Shown one piece after another: positions 47,917-59,152 of a stretch of 64,000 nucleotides of DNA; position 1 is the stretch's first letter, and each line of letters opens with the position of its first letter. Origin of the DNA: Candidatus Krumholzibacteriota bacterium (GTDB taxonomy: Bacteria; Krumholzibacteriota; Krumholzibacteriia; JAJRXK01); the NCBI GenBank assembly GCA_963727455.1, contig CAVSGG010000005.1, positions 352,001-416,000 on the forward strand. The letters are read 5' to 3'. A program made the position numbers and the translations under genes. Below the pieces are notes generated by a model. That model had not been told where the DNA came from, did no database searches, and saw only the letters and a list, made by a program, of their open reading frames with translations.

Positions 47917-49134
47917 GTGGCCACTATTACCTTTCTTTGGAAGGGCGTGAACCCGCAGGGGGAGATGCTCAGTGGCGAGCTGGAAGCCGCCACAAAGCAG
48001 GACGCGGTTGCCAACCTGCGCAAGAAGCGGATCGTCATCAAATCGATCCGTGCGAAATCCAAGGAGTTGCATATCCCTGGATTCAAGAAGGGCGTCAGCG
48101 TCAAGGATCTTTCCGTCTTCACCCGACAGTTCTCCACCATGGTGAACGCGGGTTTACCTCTGGTGCAGTGTCTGGACATTCTGGGCAAGCAGACCCAGCA
48201 CATACTCTTCAAGCGGGCGATCCAGACCGTGATGAGCGATGTCGAGGGTGGAACCACCCTGGCCGAGGGTCTGGGAAAGCACAAGGGCGTCTGGAGCGAC
48301 CTCTATGTGAATATGGTCGATGCCGGTGAGCAGGGCGGTATTCTGGACGTGATTCTCTCGCGTCTTGCCGTCTACCTGGAGAAGGCCGATGCGCTGCAGC
48401 GTAAGATCAAGAGCGCGATGACCTACCCGACCATCGTCATGGTCGTGGCGGGCGGCGCGACGATCTTCATGCTCTTGTTCGTCATCCCCGTCTTCGCCAA
48501 GATGTTTTCGGACTTCGGCGGCGTGCTGCCGGCCCCGACTCGCTTCGTGATGGGGATCTCCTCCTTCCTGCGCTCCTGGTGGTGGCTCCTCGCCGGATTC
48601 GCGATCGCTGCCGTGGTTGCCTACAAGCTGGCGCGGAAGAATTACAAGGCCAGCCGGGCCATCGATGCCTTCATGCTGAAGATCCCCATCGTGGGCAACG
48701 TCCTGCGCAAGGGCTCCGTCGCGCGCTTCACGCGTACGCTAGGAACCCTGGTCAGCTCGGGTGTTCCCATTCTCCAGGGTTTGGAGATCACCGCGCGCAC
48801 CGCGGGCAATCTGGTGATCACTGAAGCAATTCAGGAGACGCGCGAGAGCATCTCTCAGGGTGAAACCATCTCCGAACCGCTGAAGAAGTGTGACGTGTTC
48901 CCGCCCATGGTGGTGCAGATGATCGCGGTGGGGGAACAGACCGGTGCCCTGGACGAGATGCTGGGTAAAATCTCGGATTTCTATGACGACGAGGTGGACA
49001 CCGCGGTCGAGCAACTGACCGCCGCGATCGAGCCGATCATGATCGTGGTCATGGGCGTCATCGTGGGTGGAATGCTCATCGCCATGTACTTGCCGATGTT
49101 CAAGATGGCCAGCGTCATCAGCGGGGGCTCCTGA
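47917..49134 (+). CDS. pilC: Type IV pilus inner-membrane platform protein
   Basis: FTRQFSTMVNAGLPL, AGEQGGILD, KIKSAMTYP, VGEQTGALDEML, AMYLPMF. Confidence 0.97.
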   Translation: MATITFLWKGVNPQGEMLSGELEAATKQDAVANLRKKRIVIKSIRAKSKELHIPGFKKGVSVKDLSVFTRQFSTMVNAGLPLVQCLDILGKQTQHILFKRAIQTVMSDVEGGTTLAEGLGKHKGVWSDLYVNMVDAGEQGGILDVILSRLAVYLEKADALQRKIKSAMTYPTIVMVVAGGATIFMLLFVIPVFAKMFSDFGGVLPAPTRFVMGISSFLRSWWWLLAGFAIAAVVAYKLARKNYKASRAIDAFMLKIPIVGNVLRKGSVARFTRTLGTLVSSGVPILQGLEITARTAGNLVITEAIQETRESISQGETISEPLKKCDVFPPMVVQMIAVGEQTGALDEMLGKISDFYDDEVDTAVEQLTAAIEPIMIVVMGVIVGGMLIAMYLPMFKMASVISGGS

Positions 49135-49184
49135 TCGACTTCCGCAGGGCTTTTTGCGCGGCGATCCTATGGGGGGAATCGGAC

Positions 49185-50906
49185 GTGATTGAGAAGAGGG
49201 ACTCGTCTCTCCAGCAGTGGTTCTTCCTGCGGTTGACGGTGGCAACGCTGGTCGTATCGGCAGGGGTCATTCTGCTGTCCTTGGCCGCCGAGCACGTCGC
49301 GCGAACTGCGCTCTTCGCCTGTCTGGCGGCTCAATATCTGGGAATCGGGGCCGGTTACCTCGCATGGCGCCGGGGAGCCTCGAGGCTCTGGGTCCAGGTT
49401 TCCGGACTGATTCTCGACATCACGCTGATCACGGCCTGCATGCATCTCACCGGGGGGGTGGGGAGTGTCTTCACCCTCCTGTATTTCTTTCCGATCCTTT
49501 TGGCGTCCTCGACCCAGCGTCGCCGGGGTGCGGTGACTACCGCCATTCTTTGCTCGCTGACGATTCTCGGCTACGAGGTGCTGGTGGCCACCGGCGCTCT
49601 CACTCCCAACGCGCTCTTCTTCAGCTCGACCCCTCTGCACCGCCGGGAACTGTTACAGGTTCAATTCGCCGTCGGCCTCTTCCTCACCATTGGCTATCTC
49701 GCGGGGGAGCTTGCCCAGCGGGTCGATGCCAAAGCGAGGCTCTTGGCGGCCAAGCGGGAGGAACTGGCGCGGCACCGCCTGGAGATCCAGGGCATCCTGG
49801 ACAACATGAGCAGCGGAGTTTTGACGATCGACGAGAAGGGACGCGCCATGCGTCTCAACCCGGCGGCCGGTGAGATCCTGGGAGTGGACGTGGACAAAAT
49901 CCGGGGACTCTCCATCGAGAATACCCTGGGTCCCATCATGCCTGCCTTCGTGTCGCATCTGCGTGAAGCGCTCCGCGACGGATCGGCCGTGCGCCGAGTG
50001 GAGCTCAACATCATGCGCCAGGACACCAAAGTGGTTCCCATTGGGGTGAGCATCAGTCAGCAGTATGACGAAGCAGGAGAGCGCACCGGTATCATCGCCG
50101 TTTTTCAGGATCTGACCGAGGTGCTCCGGATGCGCGAGAGAATGCGCGCGAACGACCGCCTGGCCGCCGTCGGCGAACTCTCGGCCGGAATCGCGCACGA
50201 GATCCGCAATCCCCTGGCGAGCATCCGCGGTTGCGTGGAAATGCTCTCCAGCGAGCTTGCCGTCGAGGGGGAGAATCGCAGGTTGATGAATCTCGTCCTC
50301 AAGGAGAGCGAGCGTCTCAATCGAATCATCGAGGACTTCCTGGAGTTTGCCCGGCTCAGGCCACAGGCGCCGCGCAAGGTTCAGCTCCAGGTTTTACTCG
50401 ACGACCTCTGCACGATGCTGAGACGGCGGGATGACCTGGGACAGAATGCGACGGTGGAACTGGCCTCGCCCGAGGCAGAGTACGTGGTGGACGTCGACGA
50501 GGAGCAGATGTCGCAGGTCTTTTTGAATCTGGCCCTCAACGCGTTTCAAGCCATGCAGGACGGGGGAAAGCTGAAGATCTGCACCGAAGTGCTCCGCAAC
50601 GAGCATCCGGTGGAAGTCGTGATTCGCTTCCTGGACGAGGGGGAGGGGGTCGACGAGGAGCTCTTGGCGCACCTCTTCGATCCCTTCTTCACCACCAAAA
50701 GCGAGGGGACGGGACTCGGGCTCTCGATGGCGAATCGTATCGTGCACAACCACGAGGGCCGCATTGACTTCTCCAATCGCCCCGGAGGCGGGGCGGAATT
50801 CGCCGTGCATCTTCCCTTGGTCGGTGTCTGGCGCGAAGGGAACTTGATCGAGACCAAGCAAGCGTTTGACGTGACCGCAAGCGAACCCGCTCCGGTTGGA
50901 GTGTGA
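49185..50906 (+). CDS. pilS: Membrane sensor histidine kinase with PAS domain (PilS-like)
   Basis: Multiple N-terminal TMs, PAS, AHEIRNPL H-box, NLALNA, DPFFTTK..GTGLGL. Located between pilC and pilR. Confidence 0.88.
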   Translation: MIEKRDSSLQQWFFLRLTVATLVVSAGVILLSLAAEHVARTALFACLAAQYLGIGAGYLAWRRGASRLWVQVSGLILDITLITACMHLTGGVGSVFTLLYFFPILLASSTQRRRGAVTTAILCSLTILGYEVLVATGALTPNALFFSSTPLHRRELLQVQFAVGLFLTIGYLAGELAQRVDAKARLLAAKREELARHRLEIQGILDNMSSGVLTIDEKGRAMRLNPAAGEILGVDVDKIRGLSIENTLGPIMPAFVSHLREALRDGSAVRRVELNIMRQDTKVVPIGVSISQQYDEAGERTGIIAVFQDLTEVLRMRERMRANDRLAAVGELSAGIAHEIRNPLASIRGCVEMLSSELAVEGENRRLMNLVLKESERLNRIIEDFLEFARLRPQAPRKVQLQVLLDDLCTMLRRRDDLGQNATVELASPEAEYVVDVDEEQMSQVFLNLALNAFQAMQDGGKLKICTEVLRNEHPVEVVIRFLDEGEGVDEELLAHLFDPFFTTKSEGTGLGLSMANRIVHNHEGRIDFSNRPGGGAEFAVHLPLVGVWREGNLIETKQAFDVTASEPAPVGV

Positions 50907-50979
50907 CTCGAGAATGCCGACGAATCCGGGCGTGGATGACTCGCCGCTCGCTGGCAGGGGTTGACAGGAAAGGACCGAA

Positions 50980-52416
<1,437 letters not shown>

Positions 52417-52470
52417 AGCTGGCAATCCGCGACTCGCAGCCTGCAAAGCCCAAAGCTCGGGCAGAGATCA

Positions 52471-52500
52471 AGAGCCCGGAGTCGTCTGACTCTGGGCTCT
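52471..52500. terminator. Hairpin between pilR and pilA (probable terminator)
   Basis: AGAGCCCGGAGTC-GTCT-GACTCTGGGCTCT, a 13-bp stem with one G-U pair and no clear U-tract. Confidence 0.5.
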
Positions 52501-52549
52501 ATGCTTCCTCATTGTAACGAGTTAGTGGTTTTCTTCGCTAGCGGACAGT

Positions 52550-52565
52550 TGGCACGCCGTCTGCA
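52550..52565 (+). promoter_or_regulatory. Sigma-54 promoter of pilA
   Basis: TGGCAC-GCCGT-CTGCA, 76 nt upstream of the pilA ATG and directly downstream of pilSR. Confidence 0.75.
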
Positions 52566-52641
52566 TTGCCCCCCAACAGCCGTAACTCACCCGCAAGCCC
52601 CGGCGATTCTCGCGCGGGGATGGGAAACTCTTGAGGAGGCC

Positions 52642-53118
52642 ATGAAAGTGAAGAACAACTCCGGTTTTACCTTGATCGAGCTGATGATCGTTGTGGTCAT
52701 CATCGGTATCTTGGCTGCCATCGCCATCCCGAATTTCATTTCGATGCAGGATCGCGCGAAGGAAGCTTCCACCAAGTCTAGCTGCCACACCCTGCAGCTC
52801 GCGGCGGAGGACTTCGCCGTGCGGAACAACGGTGTCTACGCCGCGGCTCTGGCCGATGTCGATCCCAGCGGTGCCACCTTCCAGAGCCTGTTTCCGAACA
52901 ACGGCGCTCTCATGAACAACGCGTTCACGCGTCTGGCCAGCGAGCCCAGCGTCATCAACGCTGCCGCTCCCGGCGCCGCCCAGCCCGCCAATGGTGCGGC
53001 GCCTGGTGAGGTCGCGTACACCGTGCTGCAGGACGCTGCCGGTACCAACGTCGGTTACTGGGTCCAGGGCGCGGGGAAGGATAAGAACTACGTGCTCACG
53101 CTCTCCAGCGGGCAGTAA
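52642..53118 (+). CDS. pilA: Type IVa major pilin 1
   Basis: MKVKNNSG|FTLIELMIVVVIIGILAAIAIP class III signal with E5 and P22. GAGGAGG RBS. Confidence 0.92.
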   Translation: MKVKNNSGFTLIELMIVVVIIGILAAIAIPNFISMQDRAKEASTKSSCHTLQLAAEDFAVRNNGVYAAALADVDPSGATFQSLFPNNGALMNNAFTRLASEPSVINAAAPGAAQPANGAAPGEVAYTVLQDAAGTNVGYWVQGAGKDKNYVLTLSSGQ

Positions 53119-53199
53119 TCCCGGGTCCCTATTTGGGTCCACGACACGGGCCGTGCGGGAGGATCCCGTGCGGCCCCTTGTGTCTCTGGAGGTGGCGCC

Positions 53200-53673
53200 A
53201 TGAAGCACGACGATGGATTTACCCTGATCGAGCTGATGATCGTGGTGGTGATCATCGGGCTTCTGGCCGCGATCGCCACCAGCAACTGGCTCTCGATGCA
53301 GGCCAGTGCCAAGGAGGCTTCCACCAAGTCCAGCTGTCATAGTCTGCAACTGGCGGCGGAGGACTTCGCGGTGCGCAATGACGGGATCTACGCGGGCGTC
53401 CTGGCGGATGCCGATCCTTCGGGCCGGAGCTTCCAAAGTCTGTTGCCCGACAACGGCCAGTTGATGCGCAATCCGTTCACCCGGGTTCGCACCGAGCCCA
53501 GCGTCTTCGCCATTTCGGCACCAGGGGGAGTGCCACCGGCGAACGGGGGTGCCCCGGGCGAGGTGACCTATACCTCGCTGCAGAGGGGTAACACGAATGT
53601 CGGCTACTGGATCACCGGGGCCGGACGCTCGCCCCAACTGGCCACCGTCATCATCCTGAGCAGTGGGCAGTAG
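53200..53673 (+). CDS. pilA: Type IVa pilin 2 (tandem paralog of pilA1)
   Basis: MKHDDG|FTLIELMIVVVIIGLLAAIA, collinear with pilin 1 to the identical LSSGQ end. GGAGG RBS. Confidence 0.88.
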   Translation: MKHDDGFTLIELMIVVVIIGLLAAIATSNWLSMQASAKEASTKSSCHSLQLAAEDFAVRNDGIYAGVLADADPSGRSFQSLLPDNGQLMRNPFTRVRTEPSVFAISAPGGVPPANGGAPGEVTYTSLQRGNTNVGYWITGAGRSPQLATVIILSSGQ

Positions 53674-53686
53674 CCCTTTGCCCAAA

Positions 53687-53711
53687 GCCCGGTGGCCCTG
53701 GGCCACCGGGC
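53687..53711. terminator. GC-rich hairpin after pilA2
   Basis: GCCCGGTGGCC-CTG-GGCCACCGGGC, a perfect 11-bp stem without a U-tract. Confidence 0.45.
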
Positions 53712-53713
53712 GC

Positions 53714-53729
53714 TGGCATCCTTCGTGCA
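53714..53729 (+). promoter_or_regulatory. Candidate sigma-54 promoter for the ABC (pilHIG-D) genes
   Basis: TGGCAT-CCTTC-GTGCA with correct -24/-12 spacing. Confidence 0.45.
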
Positions 53730-53813
53730 GAACGCCCCCCTGGGGGCGTTTTGCCGTTGGATCTGGCCAATTCTGAGCCGCAATGGACGTTCCTCGCGCG
53801 AAAGGGAGAAACG

Positions 53814-54860
53814 GTGAGTCGCAAGGAAGATCCAAGAACCACCCGTCCGGGGATCTGTCGTCTGCACGGGGTGCGCAAGAGCTTTCGCTCCGATTTTCTG
53901 CGCCGCCGCCGTCCGGTGCTGCGCGGAATCGATCTCGAGCTCGAGCCGGGCGAAACCCTCGCGTATCTCGGACACAACGGCGCCGGCAAGACCACGACGG
54001 TCAAGGCGATGTTGGGGCTGATCAAACCGGATGCGGGAGAAGTGAGCGTCTTCGGGTATCCGGCCGGTGACCCGCGCGGACTGGCCCAGGTGGGATACCT
54101 TCCCGAGAACCCCTACTTCTACGATCACCTCTCAGGAAGAGAATTCCTGACTCTCATCGCCGATCTCCATGGACTCCCCGCTCGCGTGGCCCGCCGACGC
54201 ATCGATGAAGTACTGGCGGTGGTGGGAATGCAGGACAGGGCCTCGCGCCGTATGCGCAATTGCTCGCGCGGAATGCTGCAGCGTTTAGGACTGGCTCAAG
54301 CTTTGATCAACCGGCCCGAGCTTCTCATCCTGGATGAGCCTCTGGGGGGTCTGGATCCCGTGGGGCGGCACCAGGTGCGCAACATCCTGGCAGAACTCAA
54401 GGACCGCGGCGCAACCATCTTCATGAGCTCGCACATCCTGAGCGACGTGGAAAGCCTGGCGGACCGCGCAGCGATTCTCAAGGACGGAGTCCTCAAGCGA
54501 GTGGTGCGTATGGAAGATCTGGTGGCAAACAACGCGGCGAAGTTGGTCTTCTGTCGTGAGCTACCCGAGAGCACGGCACGGCGGCTCGAGGAACAGGGTC
54601 ATGTGCTGCACGGACAGCACGATCGCGCCAGCATCGAGGTCGAGCGCGACGAAGACCTTCCGCGCGTCCTGGCCACACTGCAGTCATCCGGGGCGAGCTT
54701 GCTGCGAGTGGAGCCACGGCGCTGTTCGCTGGAGGAGCTATTTCTGCGAGAGACCATGGACTCCAAGGATCTTCCGCAGAACTTCGGCGACTTCCAAACG
54801 CAGCGCGACACTGACAGCCTGGTAGAAGCGGTACGGGACGTCCAGGAGGTCCAGCGATGA
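53814..54860 (+). CDS. ABC transporter ATP-binding protein (Myxococcus PilH-like)
   Basis: GHNGAGKTT, GYLPENPYFY, CSRGMLQRLGLAQAL, ILDEP, SSH. Located between pilA and pilD. Confidence 0.88.
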   Translation: MSRKEDPRTTRPGICRLHGVRKSFRSDFLRRRRPVLRGIDLELEPGETLAYLGHNGAGKTTTVKAMLGLIKPDAGEVSVFGYPAGDPRGLAQVGYLPENPYFYDHLSGREFLTLIADLHGLPARVARRRIDEVLAVVGMQDRASRRMRNCSRGMLQRLGLAQALINRPELLILDEPLGGLDPVGRHQVRNILAELKDRGATIFMSSHILSDVESLADRAAILKDGVLKRVVRMEDLVANNAAKLVFCRELPESTARRLEEQGHVLHGQHDRASIEVERDEDLPRVLATLQSSGASLLRVEPRRCSLEELFLRETMDSKDLPQNFGDFQTQRDTDSLVEAVRDVQEVQR

Positions 54861-55624
54861 CGAGAGTTCTGGCAGTGGCACGCAATACGTTCCGCGAAGC
54901 GGTACGCGACAAGATCTTCACCCTGGTCGGGGCTTTCGGATTGGTGCTGGTCATCTCCTCGATGGTGCTCAGCCCTCTCACCATCGGCGCCCAGACCAAG
55001 ATGGTGGCCGACGTCGGCCTATCTTCGATCAGCATCTTCGGTCTCTTGATCATTCTCTTACTCGGCAGCGGTCTGGTGCACAAGGAGATCGACAAGCGCA
55101 CCATCATGACCATTCTCTCCAAACCACTTACTCGTACCGACTATCTGCTCGGGAAGTACTTCGGGCTCTTGCTCACCCTGCTCGTGATCATGGTAAGTAT
55201 GAGTCTGCTCTTCTTCGTTTCGATCTGGCTCACCCCGACCGTGTTCAATTTCGCGCTGATCAAAGCTCTCTACATGAGCTTGTGCGAGATGGTAGTGGTG
55301 ACCGCAGTGGCAATGCTGTTCAGTTCGTTCACCACACCTACTCTCACCGGCTTGTTCACTTTGGGTGTTTTCTTGGCCGGGCATACTCTGAACGACCTCG
55401 AGGCCTTCGCGCACATGTCGGGCTCGCACTTGACGCTATGGAGCATGCAGGTGGTGCGTTTCGTTCTGCCTGACCTCGAGCTCTTCAACGTGCGCAGCGC
55501 CGCGGTACACAATCTCCCGATCCACTCCGCCCACCTGATCTGGGCCGGGCTCTACGCGCTCCTCTATTCCACTCTGTGCCTCGTCGTGGGGGCGTGGCTC
55601 TTTGGACGGAGGGATTTCAAGTGA
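54857..55624 (+). CDS. ABC transporter permease (Myxococcus PilI-like)
   Basis: ARNTFREAVRDK, KEIDKRTI..ILSKP..R.DYLLGK, about 6 TMs and terminal F.RRDF. Confidence 0.85.
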   Translation: MTRVLAVARNTFREAVRDKIFTLVGAFGLVLVISSMVLSPLTIGAQTKMVADVGLSSISIFGLLIILLLGSGLVHKEIDKRTIMTILSKPLTRTDYLLGKYFGLLLTLLVIMVSMSLLFFVSIWLTPTVFNFALIKALYMSLCEMVVVTAVAMLFSSFTTPTLTGLFTLGVFLAGHTLNDLEAFAHMSGSHLTLWSMQVVRFVLPDLELFNVRSAAVHNLPIHSAHLIWAGLYALLYSTLCLVVGAWLFGRRDFK

Positions 55625-56358
55625 GAGTGCGCCGTCTCAGTATGATCGCCCTTGCCCTGGCGCTGGTGGCCCTTTCGGGCATGGCGGCGCGGCGCGCCGA
55701 TGCGGTGCGCGGCCACTCGGTGGAACGCAGCATCCAATATCTGCCCAGCCCCGAAGCGCTCCGGATCGGATCCTTCGGGTATCGCGGCCTGGTGTCGGAT
55801 TTCCTCTGGCTCAAGCTGGTGCTCTACTACGGGGAGAGCCGTCACGGGGAGCATGGCCTGGCCTTCTTCGAACAGCTTGCCAGCACCGTGGTGGAGCTCG
55901 ATCCCCAGTTCGAGGACGGCTACCGTTTCACCGCTCTGGTGCTCTCCCAGGACATGGGCGCCCCCGAGGCGGGCATCCGCATGTTGAAGAAGGGCATGGT
56001 TGCCCGTCCCTACGACTGGTGGTTGCCCTTTGAAGCCGGCTTCATCGAATACGTCACCGCTTTGAACGACGAGGAGGCCTTCCGCTGGTTCAAGCGCGCC
56101 GCGGAGGTTCCCGGTGCCCCCGAATTCCCGCGCCGCTTCGCCGCCTTCGTGGCTTCGCGCGCCGGGGAGCTGCAGGTGAGCCTGGTACTTTACAGGACGA
56201 TCGCACGGACCACCACTGATCCGTACCAACGCAAGGCCGCGCTCAAGAAGGCCGCCCAGCTGGAAGCTGCCATCCGCGGGGAAGCGCCGGTTCCCGAATG
56301 GGCCCGCCGCAAGCGCATCGTCAACGGCAAGACCGACAAGGGCGATGACGGTGCTTGA
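55621..56358 (+). CDS. Pilus-associated membrane-anchored TPR-like protein (Myxococcus PilG-like)
   Basis: N-terminal TM, YLPSP..LR..S.GY..LVSD.LWL, LDP.F...Y and TPR-like helices. Coupled to the ABC genes. Confidence 0.65.
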   Translation: MRVRRLSMIALALALVALSGMAARRADAVRGHSVERSIQYLPSPEALRIGSFGYRGLVSDFLWLKLVLYYGESRHGEHGLAFFEQLASTVVELDPQFEDGYRFTALVLSQDMGAPEAGIRMLKKGMVARPYDWWLPFEAGFIEYVTALNDEEAFRWFKRAAEVPGAPEFPRRFAAFVASRAGELQVSLVLYRTIARTTTDPYQRKAALKKAAQLEAAIRGEAPVPEWARRKRIVNGKTDKGDDGA

Positions 56359-57140
56359 GCCAGCACTCGGGCCGGGGATTGCTCTGTCCGTTCTCGTCTT
56401 AGCACTGGGAGCGGTGATCGGCAGCTTCTTGAACGTAGTCATTCATAGAGTGCCGCGTCATCTCTCGATCGTGCGCCCTCCTTCGAGTTGCCCAAAGTGT
56501 GAGCATCGCATCCCAGCGTATTGGAACCTTCCCATTCTCTCCTGGCTCCTGCTTCGCGGCCGGTGCCGCTGGTGCCACACTCGCATTCCGGCACGTTATC
56601 CACTGGTCGAATTGCTGAGCGCGCTCCTCGCCTTGGCATGCCTCTGGCGCTTCGGTTTCACGCTTCAGGCTGCCAGCGTCTTCGCCCTCTTGGCGGCGCT
56701 CCTCGCGGTAGCCTGGATCGATTGGGAACACATGATCATCCCCGATGCGATCAGCCTGGGCTTTCTCGTCCTCGGTCTGGCTCTTTCTCCGTTTATCGGT
56801 CCCGGCCCGCTCAGGTCTCTTGGGGGAGCGGTCGTGCGGGGGGGGGCTTCTTCTGCTCCTGGGAGTCCTCTGGCAGAAGACCCGCGGAGTCGAGGGCATG
56901 GGGGGAGGGGACATAAAATTGATGGCCGCGGTGGGAGCCTTCCTCGGACCGGTGCTGAGCCTGCTCGTGATCTTCGTGGGCGCTTTTTTGGGGGCCCTCT
57001 ACGGCGTGGTTCTGCTGCGCAAAGGCGGCCAGGCCAAGGTGGCCTTCGGCACCTTTCTGTCCATGGCCGCGGCCCTGGTCATCTTCTTCGGCCCCTGGTT
57101 GATCGACTGGTATCTCGGCGCAATCCGCTTGGGCTCGTGA
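56345..57140 (+). CDS. pilD: Prepilin peptidase/N-methyltransferase, frameshifted at a G9 tract (56838-56846)
   Basis: N-half in one frame (GSFLNVVIHRVP, CPKC, CRWC, YPLVE, IDWEHMIIPD). C-half in another frame (EGMGGGDIKL, AFGTFLS), ending at 57140. Confidence 0.88.
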
Positions 57141-57337
57141 CGCAGCCCCCGACGGGCTCTATCCGGCTCGTTCTCTTGTTTCCTCGAAGCGCTCAATTCT
57201 CCTCTAAGTGGCGTGCAGGATGCACGAGAGCGTGCAAGGACGGTCATTTGCGGAGCGCCCTACGGGAGCTCCTCTGCAGCCCTGGCGCAGAATGTATTCG
57301 AGGGCAATGAGTTGCGCGGCCGAAGCTCGCAGCAGCT

Positions 57338-57353
57338 TGGCATGACCCTTGCC
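57338..57353 (+). promoter_or_regulatory. Sigma-54 promoter upstream of pilM
   Basis: TGGCAT-GACCC-TTGCC in a 350-nt intergenic region. Confidence 0.7.
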
Positions 57354-57487
57354 TTTGAGCTGCCTGCAATCTTGAGGATCCACGTGAGAGAGTACTCCAC
57401 GGGACCGTTTGACTATGGACTGAGTTGCGTCAACGCACCCTTGGGGGGGCGGAAAGCGCGCCAGCTAGCTGGAGGTCGCAAGCTTCG

Positions 57488-58558
57488 ATGATCTCTCTCC
57501 TTCGAAAGCGCAGCAAAGCGACGGTTGCCCTGGATATAGGGTCCAACGTCGTCAAGTGTCTGCGACTTGATCACTCCGGTGAACATCCACTCATCACCAA
57601 CTTCGCGATGGTCGAACTCATGCCCGATGCCATCGTCGAAGGGGAGATCATGGACCGCGAAATGGTCGTTGAAGCCATTCGCGAGTGCCTGAACCAAGCC
57701 AAGGTCTCGGACGCGGACGTCTCAACCTCCATCGGAGGACGCTCGGTCATCGTCAAGAAGATCATCATGGACAAGATGGCCGCCGCCGATGCCGAGGAAG
57801 CCATTTTCTGGGAAGCGGAACAGCACGTTCCCTTCGACATCGACGACATCTGTCTGGACTTCCAGATCGTGAAAGAAGACGTCGGTGCCAACCAGATGGA
57901 GATCCTCCTGGTCGCGGCCAAGAAAGAGACGATTCAAGCCCACGCCGAGCTGATCCGTGAAGCGGACATGCGCCCCGTGCTCATCGACGTCGATGCGTTC
58001 GCGGTACAAAACGCTTGGGAGATGAACAACGGCGGGCCTTCCGAAGATGTCGTCGGGTTGATGAATGTGGGAGCCGACGTCACCAGCCTTTGCGTGGTGC
58101 AGAGCGGAACCCCGTACTTCACGCGCGACCTCAACGTCGGGACCAACCGTCTCGTCGAGGAATTCCAAAAGGAGTTTGGAGTCAGCTTCGACGAAGCGCG
58201 CGATTTCGTCGCCCACCCCGAGAAGGTGGAAGAGTCGGAAGCGGATCGCCTGGTGGAGATCGTCAGGGGCGTGGCCCGGGATCTCTCCATGGGGATCGAT
58301 CGCAGTATCTCCTATCTCCGCACTTCGGGGGATGCCGAGTCGATCGACCGCATCGTCTTGAGCGGGGGTGGAGCGCGCTTCCCTGGTTTGCGTCAGCTTC
58401 TCTCCGAACATGACAACTACGAGATCGAGGTTGGCAACCCTCTCCAGAGCGTGGGTTACGATCCCAAAGTCTTTGGCGAGGAAGAAGTGGACGAACTCGC
58501 CCCCTTACTCACCGTGAGCGTTGGGCTGGGCCTTCGCAGTCAGGGGGACAAGCAATGA
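57488..58558 (+). CDS. pilM: Type IV pilus assembly protein PilM (actin-like)
   Basis: LDIGSN.VK, EAEQHVPFDI, LLVAAKK, IDVDAFA, VLSGGGA, VGLGLR. GGAGG upstream. Confidence 0.95.
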   Translation: MISLLRKRSKATVALDIGSNVVKCLRLDHSGEHPLITNFAMVELMPDAIVEGEIMDREMVVEAIRECLNQAKVSDADVSTSIGGRSVIVKKIIMDKMAAADAEEAIFWEAEQHVPFDIDDICLDFQIVKEDVGANQMEILLVAAKKETIQAHAELIREADMRPVLIDVDAFAVQNAWEMNNGGPSEDVVGLMNVGADVTSLCVVQSGTPYFTRDLNVGTNRLVEEFQKEFGVSFDEARDFVAHPEKVEESEADRLVEIVRGVARDLSMGIDRSISYLRTSGDAESIDRIVLSGGGARFPGLRQLLSEHDNYEIEVGNPLQSVGYDPKVFGEEEVDELAPLLTVSVGLGLRSQGDKQ

Positions 58559-59133
58559 TTCGCATCAATCTGCTTCCCAAGGAAGACGTGCCCCGCAGTG
58601 TGCAGATCAAACTGCCGCCGGTGGCCAGTTTCGTTCCCGTCTTCGTTGCAGTTGCTCTTTTGGGGCTGTGCGTCGCTACCGCGTTCGTTCAGCACAACAA
58701 AGTGGCGAAGCTCCAGAAGGACATCCAGGTCGCGCAGGAGGAGACCCAGAAGCTGGCTCCCCAGATTGCCCGGATGAAGCAACTCACCAAGGAGCGCGAT
58801 CAGGTGGATCGCAGGCTCGACGCCATCACCATGCTGGACAAGGATCGCTATGTCCGAGTCCGGCTCATGAGCGAGCTGAGTCGGCGCATGCCGGCCAACA
58901 CCTGGCTGACGCTCTATCAGGAAGTGAGTCCCACGACGGTCAAGCTCGAGGGAATCACCTTCAGCAACTTCATCATCGCCGACTTCATGCGGAACCAGGC
59001 AAAGAGCGACAGCTACCGGTCCGTGGATCTCGATTTCATCGAGAAGGGCAAGATCGGCGACATCAACGTTCTCAAGTTCGGCCTAACGGCGCAGGTGGGG
59101 GAGCCCGCCACCGACGTGGCCACAGGTATGTAG
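58555..59133 (+). CDS. pilN: Type IV pilus assembly protein PilN
   Basis: MIRINLLP signature, TM, coiled coil and WL...LEG. Confidence 0.92.
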   Translation: MIRINLLPKEDVPRSVQIKLPPVASFVPVFVAVALLGLCVATAFVQHNKVAKLQKDIQVAQEETQKLAPQIARMKQLTKERDQVDRRLDAITMLDKDRYVRVRLMSELSRRMPANTWLTLYQEVSPTTVKLEGITFSNFIIADFMRNQAKSDSYRSVDLDFIEKGKIGDINVLKFGLTAQVGEPATDVATGM

Positions 59134-59152
59134 CCACGGGAGGGTTCACGAA

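Noticed and set aside
52642-53673. Electrically conductive (Geobacter-type) e-pilins
   Set aside because: These are full-length pilins of about 150 aa with long aromatic-free stretches, not truncated aromatic-dense pilins.
56847-57310. C-terminal part of the 321-aa ORF 56345..57310
   Set aside because: Out-of-frame read-through after the G9 frameshift. The true PilD C-terminus is in the frame ending at 57140.
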